64,000 nucleotides of DNA from Nitrospirota bacterium (lineage in GTDB: Bacteria; Nitrospirota; UBA9217): assembly GCA_963737155.1 (NCBI GenBank), contig CAVTRN010000002.1, positions 736,001 to 800,000 of the forward strand, written 5' to 3'. Made by a program: the position numbers and the translations under genes. A model generated the notes under the pieces. It saw only the letters and a program-made list of their open reading frames with translations, did no database searches and was not told the DNA's origin. Below are positions 9,685 to 18,846 of this stretch, in pieces (position 1 is the stretch's first letter; each line of letters opens with the position of its first letter).

Positions 9685-11334
9685 ATGAATCCTTTGACAA
9701 ACGATAGACCTGATGACCGATACCGAGCATGCCGGTCAGTACTGGGCAATGCAGCATGGTCTCGTCTTTCCGCACGGTGTGCCAAGGCGCTTGCTGAAAA
9801 TTCGCTATCGGCTGCTCTTTCGGAGCCCGGCAAGAATAGGTTTCCTGAATTCTTGTCTGAACTTGCCAGCCTCGAGGAAGCCGTCGGCGTAGTCGGACGA
9901 GGGAAGGAATCCCTCCCAAAGGAGATAAGTCAGCCCTTAGTCAACCCAACGATCCAGATCGTGGAATTGTCCTGGAAGAACCTAGTCTCATTCCTCGGTT
10001 CTGATCGGAATATTTCTGTTGTACATCCTATTCGAGCGGATGAATGCGTTCTCCTTTGGTACAATCAGTTCACTGACCGCGTGTCAGCGCGGCCAGTGAA
10101 CGACGAGGATCTCCTGGTGCTCAAAATGGTGGTAGAAGGGATATCGTCCGAGGTCATTGCAGAACAGAACGATCTGCCGGTGGGAGCGGTTGATGCTGCG
10201 CTGTCTCGTGCCGTAGCGATTGGTCTCGTACTCACTCCGCCCTCTCACATCCGGCGAGATCCAAAGCTCTTTTCTCAGAACAATGTCATTCCCGAACGAT
10301 ACCTGTCGTCAACATCGTTCACGCTCCAGTGGCATATCACCCAGACCTGCGACCTGCACTGTAAGCATTGCTATGACCGAAGCAACCGTTCTCAAACGAC
10401 CCTTGATCAGGCTTTGCGGATCATTGAAGACCTGCGTGCATTCTGCAGGAACAAAAACGTTACCGGAGCGATCTCCTTCACAGGAGGCAATCCTCTTCTC
10501 CACCCGTCTTTTACAGAGATATACCGTGCAGCGGCGGAGCGCGGCTTTGCCACAGCTATCCTCGGTAATCCTGCTCCGGCGGAGCGAATCGCCGAGCTGA
10601 TCGCGATCCAGATGCCCGTTTTCTACCAGGTCAGCCTGGAGGGTCTCCGCGAACACAATGATACCATGCGCGGAACAGGACATTTCGACCGTGTTTTGGA
10701 ATTCCTGAAGGTCTTGAAAAGACTCAACGTTTCGTCCATGGTCATGCTTACGCTTACCAGCATGAATATCGACCAGGTCATCCCCCTAGCTAACATCCTG
10801 CGCGGAAAGGCTGATATCTTTCACTTCAACCGTCTCTCCGTGGTCGGTGAAGGCTCGCAACTTAGTCTGCCTGACGCACGCAAGTACAGAACATTTCTCG
10901 AAGCATATCTCAAAGCTGCCAAAACGAATTTAGCCATGGGCATGAAGGAGAATCTCATCAATATCCTCCGTTGGAACCAGGGTGATCCGGCATTTGGCGG
11001 CTGTACAGGCCACGGCTGTGGAGCTGCCTTTAATTTCGTAAGCCTCCTTGCCGATGGTAAGGTTTATGCCTGCCGTAAATTTCCCTCGCTTATCGGCAAC
11101 ATCTATCACCAGAGCCTGACCGAGATCTATGATTCGGATCAAGCGCATCGCTACCGTTCGGGTAGTCAAGCCTGCTGGTGTTGCACCCTTCATCCAGTCT
11201 GCGGCGGATGTCTTGCGAGCGCTCATAGCCACAATCTCGATGTCCTTAAGGATAAAGACCCTTTCTGCTTCATGCGTAACATTGAAAATGAAGCTATGAA
11301 GAGGTGGGTAAGCGGAAACACGGCTGGTGTATAA
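9685..11334 (+). CDS. sbtM: SbtM-like radical SAM/SPASM peptide maturase
   Basis: FTLQWHITQTCDLHCKHCY, FTGGNP, and SPASM cysteines GCTGHGCGAAFNF...YACRKF...CWCC...VCGGC...DPFC, with a long N-terminal extension. Start taken at ATG 9685; the frame is open from 9541. Confidence 0.85.
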   Translation: MNPLTNDRPDDRYRACRSVLGNAAWSRLSARCAKALAENSLSAALSEPGKNRFPEFLSELASLEEAVGVVGRGKESLPKEISQPLVNPTIQIVELSWKNLVSFLGSDRNISVVHPIRADECVLLWYNQFTDRVSARPVNDEDLLVLKMVVEGISSEVIAEQNDLPVGAVDAALSRAVAIGLVLTPPSHIRRDPKLFSQNNVIPERYLSSTSFTLQWHITQTCDLHCKHCYDRSNRSQTTLDQALRIIEDLRAFCRNKNVTGAISFTGGNPLLHPSFTEIYRAAAERGFATAILGNPAPAERIAELIAIQMPVFYQVSLEGLREHNDTMRGTGHFDRVLEFLKVLKRLNVSSMVMLTLTSMNIDQVIPLANILRGKADIFHFNRLSVVGEGSQLSLPDARKYRTFLEAYLKAAKTNLAMGMKENLINILRWNQGDPAFGGCTGHGCGAAFNFVSLLADGKVYACRKFPSLIGNIYHQSLTEIYDSDQAHRYRSGSQACWCCTLHPVCGGCLASAHSHNLDVLKDKDPFCFMRNIENEAMKRWVSGNTAGV

Positions 11335-11393
11335 TGTAATAGTTGACGATGCAAGCATGGCGCGGCTCTTGTGCTTCATTATTCTGAGAGAAT

Positions 11394-11672
11394 ATGCCAA
11401 ACACAACATTTAAGGTCATAGAAGCCTTTAACATCCGGGGACATGGTGTAGTTCTCGTGGGGGACAAGTCATTTTCAGATTTTCTCGAAATCAAGTCATG
11501 CGATATCGAAATCATCACACCGAACGGAGATGTCCTGAAGGGCGTTGCCTTCAAAGAATGGCTCCTTGGTTCGCCGAAAACTCAGCAGGATGAGATTGAA
11601 GCTTTCTTTGTCAGAGGAATGAAAAAAGCTGATATCCCGATAGGTTCTATGGTCAGCGTCAATCAAGAATAG
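11394..11672 (+). CDS. Small hypothetical protein with EF-Tu/SelB domain II-like beta-barrel pattern
   Basis: FKVIEAFNIRGHGVVLVG resembles the F..(I/V).D.F.I.GRG.V..G motif; C-terminal VRGMKKADIPIG resembles LRG....DI..G. Confidence 0.5.
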   Translation: MPNTTFKVIEAFNIRGHGVVLVGDKSFSDFLEIKSCDIEIITPNGDVLKGVAFKEWLLGSPKTQQDEIEAFFVRGMKKADIPIGSMVSVNQE

Positions 11673-11869
11673 GCCAGCCAGCAGCGAGTACATATCTCAT
11701 AGTTGTGCCAAGTCGTTATGCCTATTTTCTTAGAAATTCGCTATAAGTTCAAATTGCCGGAATTGCGTCTTAAAAGGGATAGAGTGCGATATTTGTTCGC
11801 GCGGCATGCTACTGATCAATGGAATGAAGCCTTTATGGTGGGTGGAAAGTACAATTTCAGGGAATTGCT

Positions 11870-11903
11870 AGAGGTCCTCGGTTCAATTCCTGCCACCGCT
11901 ACT
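11870..11903 (+). pseudogene. Degenerate 3' half of a tRNA (fMet-like), possible att-site scar
   Basis: AGAGGTCCTCGGTTCAATTCCTGCCACCGCTACT resembles GAAGGTCGTCGGTTCAAATCCGGCCCCCGCAACCA. No 5' half is present. Confidence 0.4.
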
Positions 11904-12022
11904 TCACCGAGATTATAGCACTTCAAAGAGTAGCTCTAAAATCGGAATCGGCAGCCGCAAAAAAGGCAGAAAAATTGGCAATGATTGCTGAACGGAACAC
12001 TGGGACAACAGCCAAAAATATG

Positions 12023-12949
12023 CTAATCGTACTCAAAGGTGAGCTCAAGGCCGACATAGCGCAGTCGATTGTTGTAAAATTGGCCGTAAGGTGAAAAACC
12101 ATCGTAGCCTTCAAGCAGAAAACGGATGGACCGGCCAGGATCAGTCCCGTCGAATTGCAAGCCGGCCTTAAGCGATGCGTTCAGGGGCCAATTATTCTCC
12201 TGAGTGCATTTCAGATCCAAACCTCCGACTAGCCGTCCCTCCAACAGGATTTTATCGGCACCGTAATATTCCATGCCGCCCTGTACGGTGACCGGCTTAT
12301 AGTCGCTCGGCTCCTTGTGAACCATAATTTCTCCACCAGAATAAATGCGCCATTTTGTCCATTCATATGATGCTATGAAGTTGAGCGCCTCATATTCAAA
12401 TTCGAATCGCGTAATGTTGGAATGCAGCAAGTACTGGTCTCCCACGTGGGAGCTTTGATGATAAAAGTTGAGCCGATATGATGCAGGCCCGTTCCGGAAA
12501 GTGAAAGGAATGCCGATGAAATAATCATTATCCACCAGGTAGAACTCCCGGGTATTAAGATCAAATTCGGCATAAATCGCTCCGCTAATGTTGGCCTGCC
12601 AGCTGTAACCTCCGCTGTTATTAATGAAACGATACAATCCAAACATGTCCCCTAAAGTGCCGGCAAATATTTCTGTGCTTTGAGACAGGTACTGATGAGC
12701 CTCCTGGTAGGGGCGATAACTGAGCGAAAAGCAAGGTTCCTTCGGATCAGCTATCAGCGGTTGAAAAAGGTTACCCCTTGGTAAAAATATACTTTCATCG
12801 GACTTACCCGTCTCTCCAGGTGCAATTTTACTTTCCGCAGCTAAAAGTTCTGCGGCTTTATCATCTGCTTGTGCAGCGTGACAAAAAAATAGAGACATGA
12901 ACAGGAGCAGGGCAAGAATGGGAAATATTGTGATAAAATTATGTCGCAT
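12023..12949 (-). CDS. DUF1207-like exported/outer-membrane protein
   Basis: Signal peptide ending AAQA, LFQPLIADPKEP, LVDNDYFIGIP, YHQSSHVGD, GFSPYGQF. SD GAGGTGG precedes ATG 12949. Confidence 0.75.
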   Translation of the reverse strand: MRHNFITIFPILALLLFMSLFFCHAAQADDKAAELLAAESKIAPGETGKSDESIFLPRGNLFQPLIADPKEPCFSLSYRPYQEAHQYLSQSTEIFAGTLGDMFGLYRFINNSGGYSWQANISGAIYAEFDLNTREFYLVDNDYFIGIPFTFRNGPASYRLNFYHQSSHVGDQYLLHSNITRFEFEYEALNFIASYEWTKWRIYSGGEIMVHKEPSDYKPVTVQGGMEYYGADKILLEGRLVGGLDLKCTQENNWPLNASLKAGLQFDGTDPGRSIRFLLEGYDGFSPYGQFYNNRLRYVGLELTFEYD

Positions 12950-13359
12950 TGCACCACCTCGCCCTTTGTGGCTCCATTTACAATGAAAATTTATGGGCAT
13001 AACGCTCGCGAATACAGATGGAATTTTATATATTGCCAAGAATAAAAATCAATAACAGGAAGTTTCTTGATTGCGAACTTTAAACATCAGGCTGAGTACA
13101 CTCATTTACGCGAAAGTGTGTTAGCACTACTGCGAGTATCTTGCATAGAATGAATTTATATAGAAAAAATAATTCTGACTATAAAAAACATTTGGGATGT
13201 ACAGACAATCCCGCAAAATAGGGATTCACTTCTCGTCTCGATCCGACAAAGGAGCTGTCGGCCGTGTAAATCTCTATTTTTTTACTTTGCCAATTTTTTT
13301 CGCACAATCAGGTAGACTTATATGCCATAATATAGCACAATTTTTCTCAAATTGTATTA

Positions 13360-13790
13360 TTGAGGTTTAGCAATACTCTTCGCGCAACGAATGTTATCGC
13401 CATCGCAACGACCGGCTTCGATCATCACAGAAGAGGTTGGCACCGGCTGATCCTGAGCACCAAGAGCGTGGTGAAAGACATTATTGCGGGCGCCAGCAAT
13501 GTAGGTGGCGAGTTTCTTTCCTTCGTGGAGTACACGGCCAGAGGCGCAGCGAAAGAGCCCGCGGAAGCCAGTGAGGATGTAGCTTTGGTAGTCAGGCGGG
13601 CCGTGAATGTCGTTATCGAGGCAACAAGGAAAATTGGCGGGAACACGGAGAGGTTGCTCAAGTCGCTGTAACAGGCCCCATGAAGCCGCATCGACGATCG
13701 GCAACACGGCGACCAAAGCGGTCAGGATATGCTGGTCGGGGTAGGAATAAGGGATGTAGCGGGTGGCGCAATTTCGAAATTCAGGCTGGC
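13360..13790 (+). pseudogene. Decayed Ala/Gly/Val-rich helical repeat protein gene
   Basis: KSVVKDIIAGASNVGG...VVIEATRKIGGNTE continues in shifted frames as VAVTG / EAASTIGNTATKAVR / MLVGVG. There is no good start. Confidence 0.4.
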
Positions 13791-13848
13791 TTCCTGCCTG
13801 GCCGGCTGATCGAACAAAGGATTGATTCCGGTTTCGAGGGTGTCGGTG

Positions 13849-14454
13849 TTATTCTACAATACTTGCTGCTTCTTTACTTGTTAATATCCCTTTTTTTACA
13901 AGAAGAGTAACCAATTTTTTAATTTTCGCTTCAACTTGGGGTGCTGGTGTTGCTTTGTCCCATATACTCTCTTGTTGAATCAATGTTGGTTCTTCTGGAA
14001 CATCTAGTCTTGCAGATCTTCGATGCACAAGAGTGCCACTATAATATTGTCTAATGAAAGCCTGAATTTCCGATTCAAGGGAAAGCAATGGTTTTATTTT
14101 ACAACCTAGAGCAAATTCCATATCGGTAACGACATCTAAATTAGAAGGGTAAGACATGGCAACTTCAAGAACATTGCCTACTTTTCTAACTGGGATAGCT
14201 TCGAATTTCCGTATAATTGACTCTTTTACTTTTTTCAGTTCCTCATCAGAAAAGTCTTCAGAGAATATGTCTGTATAAGGAACTTTGATATGTTGAGAAA
14301 TTGCTCTGGCTATACCAACTTCATCAACGAAGAATAATTCAGTAATGATATGCCCTAATTTACCACCGGTGTTTTTTTGATGCGCTAATGCCTCTTCTAA
14401 TTGTATTTCATTAATAAGTTTTGATTCGACGAGAATTTCACCCAATTTTTTCAT
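13849..14454 (-). CDS. Stand-alone MshEN / GspE-PilB N-terminal domain protein (putative c-di-GMP receptor)
   Basis: KKLGEILVESKLINEIQLEEALAHQ...KLGHII tandem motif and VAMSYPSNLDVV. No ATPase domain. Confidence 0.8.
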   Translation of the reverse strand: MKKLGEILVESKLINEIQLEEALAHQKNTGGKLGHIITELFFVDEVGIARAISQHIKVPYTDIFSEDFSDEELKKVKESIIRKFEAIPVRKVGNVLEVAMSYPSNLDVVTDMEFALGCKIKPLLSLESEIQAFIRQYYSGTLVHRRSARLDVPEEPTLIQQESIWDKATPAPQVEAKIKKLVTLLVKKGILTSKEAASIVE

Positions 14455-15069
14455 ATAATATTTACCTTACGCGGACAAGCCGGAACCAACAGGTTTGATA
14501 AAAATCAATGCTACTCTGAGTCTCTACTCTTTGCAGTCATTGAGGTCGAGAAGATATTGATTCTTTAGTCGCAAATACAAGGGCATAACATTTTGAATCA
14601 ATAAAAATGGATAACTTGATGATTTCATAGAGCTACTTTTGCGAGTTTGCAACAATGATCCCGCGTGTTTGTACTAATATGGCAATATCACATTATTTTG
14701 ACTATCTCAGAAGTATGTATTTTATTTAATATAAATGGTTTTGTCAAGTTAATGCATGGCAGATCTGCAATTTAAGCTGTGAGCCGAAACCAATACATTC
14801 ACGGGATTCTTTCTGAAATTAGGATTTAATAATTCCTGGACTTGATGCTTTCAGGCTCTCTTGCGTAGAAAGAAAAGGTAGTCAGTTCGGGTGATAAGGA
14901 CTTTCCTACACCACTCACGAAGAATGCCGACGGTGTAACTTCGATATTACGCGAAAACCTCCGGATTGATTGAAGAGATAATCAGGCGACATATGGAATT
15001 TTAAAAAAGGTTGACAAGGAGCAACTGAAGTTGGGTTTTTAAAAGTGCCATGGGCGTGACCGTGAGTAT

Positions 15070-16566
15070 CTACTGCCATTCAATTCCCTTTGAAGTTAAA
15101 ATGGTTTGGGCTTTTTTATATCCTAATCTTGCAGCCATCTTAAGATTTTGGACCATCATATCGTTGTTTCCTTGAGCGGCATAAGCAACCGCTCGATAAG
15201 CATATGCCTCGGCATCATTTGGGTTAAGTTCTATAGCCTTGCTATAATCATCGATAGCCTGCTGATAATCGCCTAAATCATTAAAAGCACTCCCTCGATT
15301 AATATATGCCTCGGCATCATTTGGATTTAGTTCTATAGCTTTGCTGTAATCATCGATAGCCCGCTGATGGTCGCCTAAATCGTTGTAAGCGCCGCCTCGA
15401 TTATTATATGCCTGCGACATTTTCGGATTTAGCTTTACAGCATTGTTGTAATCATCGATAGCCTTATGATGATCGCCTAAATCGTTTAACGCACTCCCTC
15501 GATTATAGTATGCCTCGGCATAATTTGGATTTAGTTCTATCGCTCTGTTGTAATCATCGACAGCCTTGTGATGGTATCCTAAGGCGTCATAAGTAACTCC
15601 CCGATTTGAGTATGCCTCCGCGTAATCTGGATTTAGTTTTATAGCTTTGCTGTAATCGTCTACGGCCTGCTGCAGATTTCCTGCAGTCTTATAAGAAAAC
15701 CCTCGATTAAAGTATGCCATTGCAAATTCCGGATTTAATCCAATAGCATTGTTGTAATCATCGATAGCCCGCTGGTGGTTGCCTAAATTCTCATAGTTGA
15801 ACCCTCGATTATTATATGCATCGGCGTTATTTGGGATCAGTTCCAGGACTTTATTGTAATCATTGATAGCCTGCTGATGGTTACCCAGTCTGGTATAAGC
15901 ATCGCCACGACCATAATATGCGAATGCAAATTTTGGGTTCAGCTCTATCGCTTTACTATATGCATCAATCGCAGTTTTAAAGTTATTTGATACATAAAAT
16001 GCCAGACCCTTATCAAACCAATCTGATGCACTTAAATCTTTAATCGCTTTTGCATATTCACGCAGTTTCTGGGTATCCCACTTGGCCGATTTCAATTCAC
16101 TCTTGAGCCTTTCAACTTCCCTCATTGCTCCTTCAGCTCTTTTCTTTGAGTCCTCAAGTTCATTTCTTTTCTGTACATCAGTTCCTAATGCATTAACTGA
16201 CTTAGCTACCTCCTTCGGGTCTGCCGTAATCTTTGCTCGGAGATAGTAGGTTCTACCATTCCAATTTTCGTCAATAACTTCTCGACTCACGACCCCTGCC
16301 GTAAGCGTTGTTACTTGGTCTTTGGTCATCTCAAAATTCTTAACTTCGGTTTCACTAATAAGGTAAACCCCAAGCTGATCCAACAAAGCCCTTTTAACTC
16401 GTTCAAGTGCAATGGCTCGGCTCGATACCTTGCTGTCGATATCGCTTGCCCTGTAGGTGTATTCTTTGATGATGGTTATGTTTTCAGCGGAAGCTATATT
16501 GGCCAGAATAAAAGAGATTATTATGCCCATAAATACTGAAGTTAATTTGGCTCTACTCATTACCAT
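15070..16566 (-). CDS. Exported tetratricopeptide repeat protein
   Basis: Signal peptide ending NIASA, a coiled coil, and about 9 TPRs (AYNNRG...AIDDYSKAIELNP). Confidence 0.9.
   Translation of the reverse strand: MVMSRAKLTSVFMGIIISFILANIASAENITIIKEYTYRASDIDSKVSSRAIALERVKRALLDQLGVYLISETEVKNFEMTKDQVTTLTAGVVSREVIDENWNGRTYYLRAKITADPKEVAKSVNALGTDVQKRNELEDSKKRAEGAMREVERLKSELKSAKWDTQKLREYAKAIKDLSASDWFDKGLAFYVSNNFKTAIDAYSKAIELNPKFAFAYYGRGDAYTRLGNHQQAINDYNKVLELIPNNADAYNNRGFNYENLGNHQRAIDDYNNAIGLNPEFAMAYFNRGFSYKTAGNLQQAVDDYSKAIKLNPDYAEAYSNRGVTYDALGYHHKAVDDYNRAIELNPNYAEAYYNRGSALNDLGDHHKAIDDYNNAVKLNPKMSQAYNNRGGAYNDLGDHQRAIDDYSKAIELNPNDAEAYINRGSAFNDLGDYQQAIDDYSKAIELNPNDAEAYAYRAVAYAAQGNNDMMVQNLKMAARLGYKKAQTILTSKGIEWQ
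15130..16030 (-). repeat. Intragenic 102-bp TPR-coding repeats
   Basis: TAATCATCGATAGCC and TATGCCTCGGCAT recur at 102-bp spacing. Confidence 0.75.
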
Positions 16567-16934
16567 CGCTCCTCCCTATAACGATAAAATTATCCCATAA
16601 TTTACAAAGCGCAGGAAGACAAAACTTGCATAGCTGCCGCAGGATGCGAAGGTGGTCATGGATGGGGTGAGAATTTGCAGAAGGCCTCATTTCTGTCTGT
16701 AGGGTAGTAGGCGAGTCACACCGTTACCTATTGTTCATGTTGCCAAAATAATCAGCCTATAATGGCAGATGCGAAAGTCAACAAGAGGGTTATAAACTAA
16801 GCAATAGTTATTATTGCCATTTGATTTTATGTGAAGTTAAATAGCTTTGGGCATCCGCGTTTGCCCGCTTCGCAACCGTTTCAAAATCTTGTATATATTT
16901 TTTATTTTCCTAATTTGTAATAAGCCATCCTCGC

Positions 16935-17110
16935 TTACTGTATGCTGGCATCTTCGGGATTCAGTTTTATAGCTTTATTGACATCATTGAGCAGCCTGAT
17001 AGCTTTCCCATGAACTTTTGTTGTTCGCGGAGGCTATATTAGTAAAAAAGAACGAGCCTATCAGACCTGAAACTTCGAAACCTAAATTGGCTCTATTCCA
17101 TACCATTAGC
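16935..17110 (-). pseudogene. Collapsed remnant of a paralog of the adjacent TPR gene
   Basis: GLIGSFFFTNIASA (compare GIIISFILANIASA) is followed, after a frameshift, by NDVNKAIKLNPEDA-stop. Confidence 0.5.
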
Positions 17111-17591
17111 CTCTTCTCCATATTAGAAAAAATATGACAGAAAGGCAAGCTGAGTTTTAAAAAGTTGAAACGGGGTATTGCATAAACGTTATGGCAAGAG
17201 ATTGCAATCCTGTCAAGTGTCGTTAGTGAGGTAGACCTAATATTAGAACGAGTGGAATCGCTGTAAAAACATGTGCACATAATAATTCCTTTTAGTGCGC
17301 GACAGTTTCATTCTTTCGAAAATTGCAGAATACATGATACATGTCGAATTCGTGGTGACGAACCAGAAAAATACTTGATTGGCCAATGCATTTGTGCAAT
17401 TACATGCCGCTATCCTTCGATTAGAGTTTTTATTAACTAAACGGGAGGACCCAGATCGCCCGAAATATCCCCATTGATCAATAGGGCTTTCAAGCTTCCG
17501 GACAGTCATGTGTTCACGGCCGGGATGCAAAATATTGTGCAGCTTTTCAGAAGAACCGCAAAACAGGCGCAGTGTCCGAAAGCTGAAAAAT

Positions 17592-17628
17592 AAAAAAAAC
17601 GCGGACAGCGTGACCTGTTTCCGCGTTT
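17592..17628 (-). terminator. Intrinsic terminator after the glycine-zipper lipoprotein gene
   Basis: AAACGCGGA...TCCGCGTTT stem, with an A-run on + that reads as a U-tract on -. Confidence 0.6.
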
Positions 17629-17679
17629 GGTGTCCTCATCATGCCGGCTGCTAAACTTCCGTTCATCCTTGAGATATCT

Positions 17680-18486
17680 TTACCGTCTTTCACCACGAAA
17701 TGCGGGACGGTGGAGTCGTCCACCATAGTGCGCTCTATCGCGATTATATCGTCCGAACTCTACGTCACGAAAATGCCGGATTTGTCCAATACGGTACATG
17801 AGTAAAGCTGGTGGTAAATATCTCCTGCCGGCAAACGACCACGGGCCGTTGTAATATGGCCCCCGAAACCAATACCCACCATAGAAGTATAAATATTCAC
17901 TCCCCGTAAAAAAAAGGTCATAAGGAATTCCGACTGCAACATACAAACCGAGTTCAGGCGAATAAACGAACTGCGGTGCTTCGTCAAGATAAAACCCTGG
18001 CGGAGGCGTGACAACATCGGGTTGGGGAGACGCGGCTGCTACGGGGCCATATCCAGGCACCTGATTCCCGTAGGCATACATGCATTGGACATACGCATTG
18101 TCATATCTGCGCTGGGCCGCCCTGCCAGAGACCTGGCCGGCGTTTGAACCGGCTGCCGTCCCAACGAGAAGCCCCCCTACGGCACCAATGAGGGCGCCTT
18201 GTCCAGCATGGCCGGAGGCTGAACCTAAGGCTGCACCCACCCCCGCTCCTACTGCTGTTCCGGCAACTGCTCCTGTGGCAACGTCACTTTCATAGGTCTG
18301 TTCAGGTGACATATTAAGATGTTGCTGCGCCCACTGTCTACACGTCGCATCTTCGGATTGGAATACGTCAAAAGGCTTTCCTGGAGCCGGCAAGACCGTG
18401 ACGCTCGGCCCCGTGGGGACAGTGGCACATCCACCCACGACCAGAAGAGCAAAAGATATCAAGATGCTTTGTTTGAAAGTTAACAT
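17680..18486 (-). CDS. Glycine-zipper lipoprotein (copy 1)
   Basis: Lipobox VGGC, GAVAGTAVGAGVGAALG glycine zipper, RRYDNAYVQCMYA, aromatic C-terminal domain. Confidence 0.82.
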   Translation of the reverse strand: MLTFKQSILISFALLVVGGCATVPTGPSVTVLPAPGKPFDVFQSEDATCRQWAQQHLNMSPEQTYESDVATGAVAGTAVGAGVGAALGSASGHAGQGALIGAVGGLLVGTAAGSNAGQVSGRAAQRRYDNAYVQCMYAYGNQVPGYGPVAAASPQPDVVTPPPGFYLDEAPQFVYSPELGLYVAVGIPYDLFFTGSEYLYFYGGYWFRGPYYNGPWSFAGRRYLPPALLMYRIGQIRHFRDVEFGRYNRDRAHYGGRLHRPAFRGERR

Positions 18487-18492
18487 TAGACT

Positions 18493-18846
18493 TCACTCCT
18501 TTCCCTTTGGCGGACCCGGGGTTGGAACAACCTTAATCCATCCGCTGGGACATTGTTTCACATATGGGTAATAGGCCTTGGATTCCTGACAGTAATACCA
18601 GTAATACTGCTGTTCCTTCACCTGAGGGGCCTGTTGTTCATATATGGGGGATTGTTGCTGTATAACAATGGGCGGCTCCGAGTAATAGTAAGGGGAGTAA
18701 TAATAAGGATAGTAAGGCGCCCCCCACCACGGCCATACCGGTCCTATCCCAATGCCTACCCTCACACCTCCATATGTAGAACCGGGTAAGAAACCCGCAA
18801 GGAGGAATATACTGACGGCCACGAAGATATAAATGCCCTTTTTCAT
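18493..18846 (-). CDS. Secreted Tyr/Pro-rich small protein (copy 1)
   Basis: Signal peptide, YYPYYY tract, YWYYCQESKAYYPYVKQCPSGW. Paralog at 63090. Confidence 0.82.
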   Translation of the reverse strand: MKKGIYIFVAVSIFLLAGFLPGSTYGGVRVGIGIGPVWPWWGAPYYPYYYSPYYYSEPPIVIQQQSPIYEQQAPQVKEQQYYWYYCQESKAYYPYVKQCPSGWIKVVPTPGPPKGKE

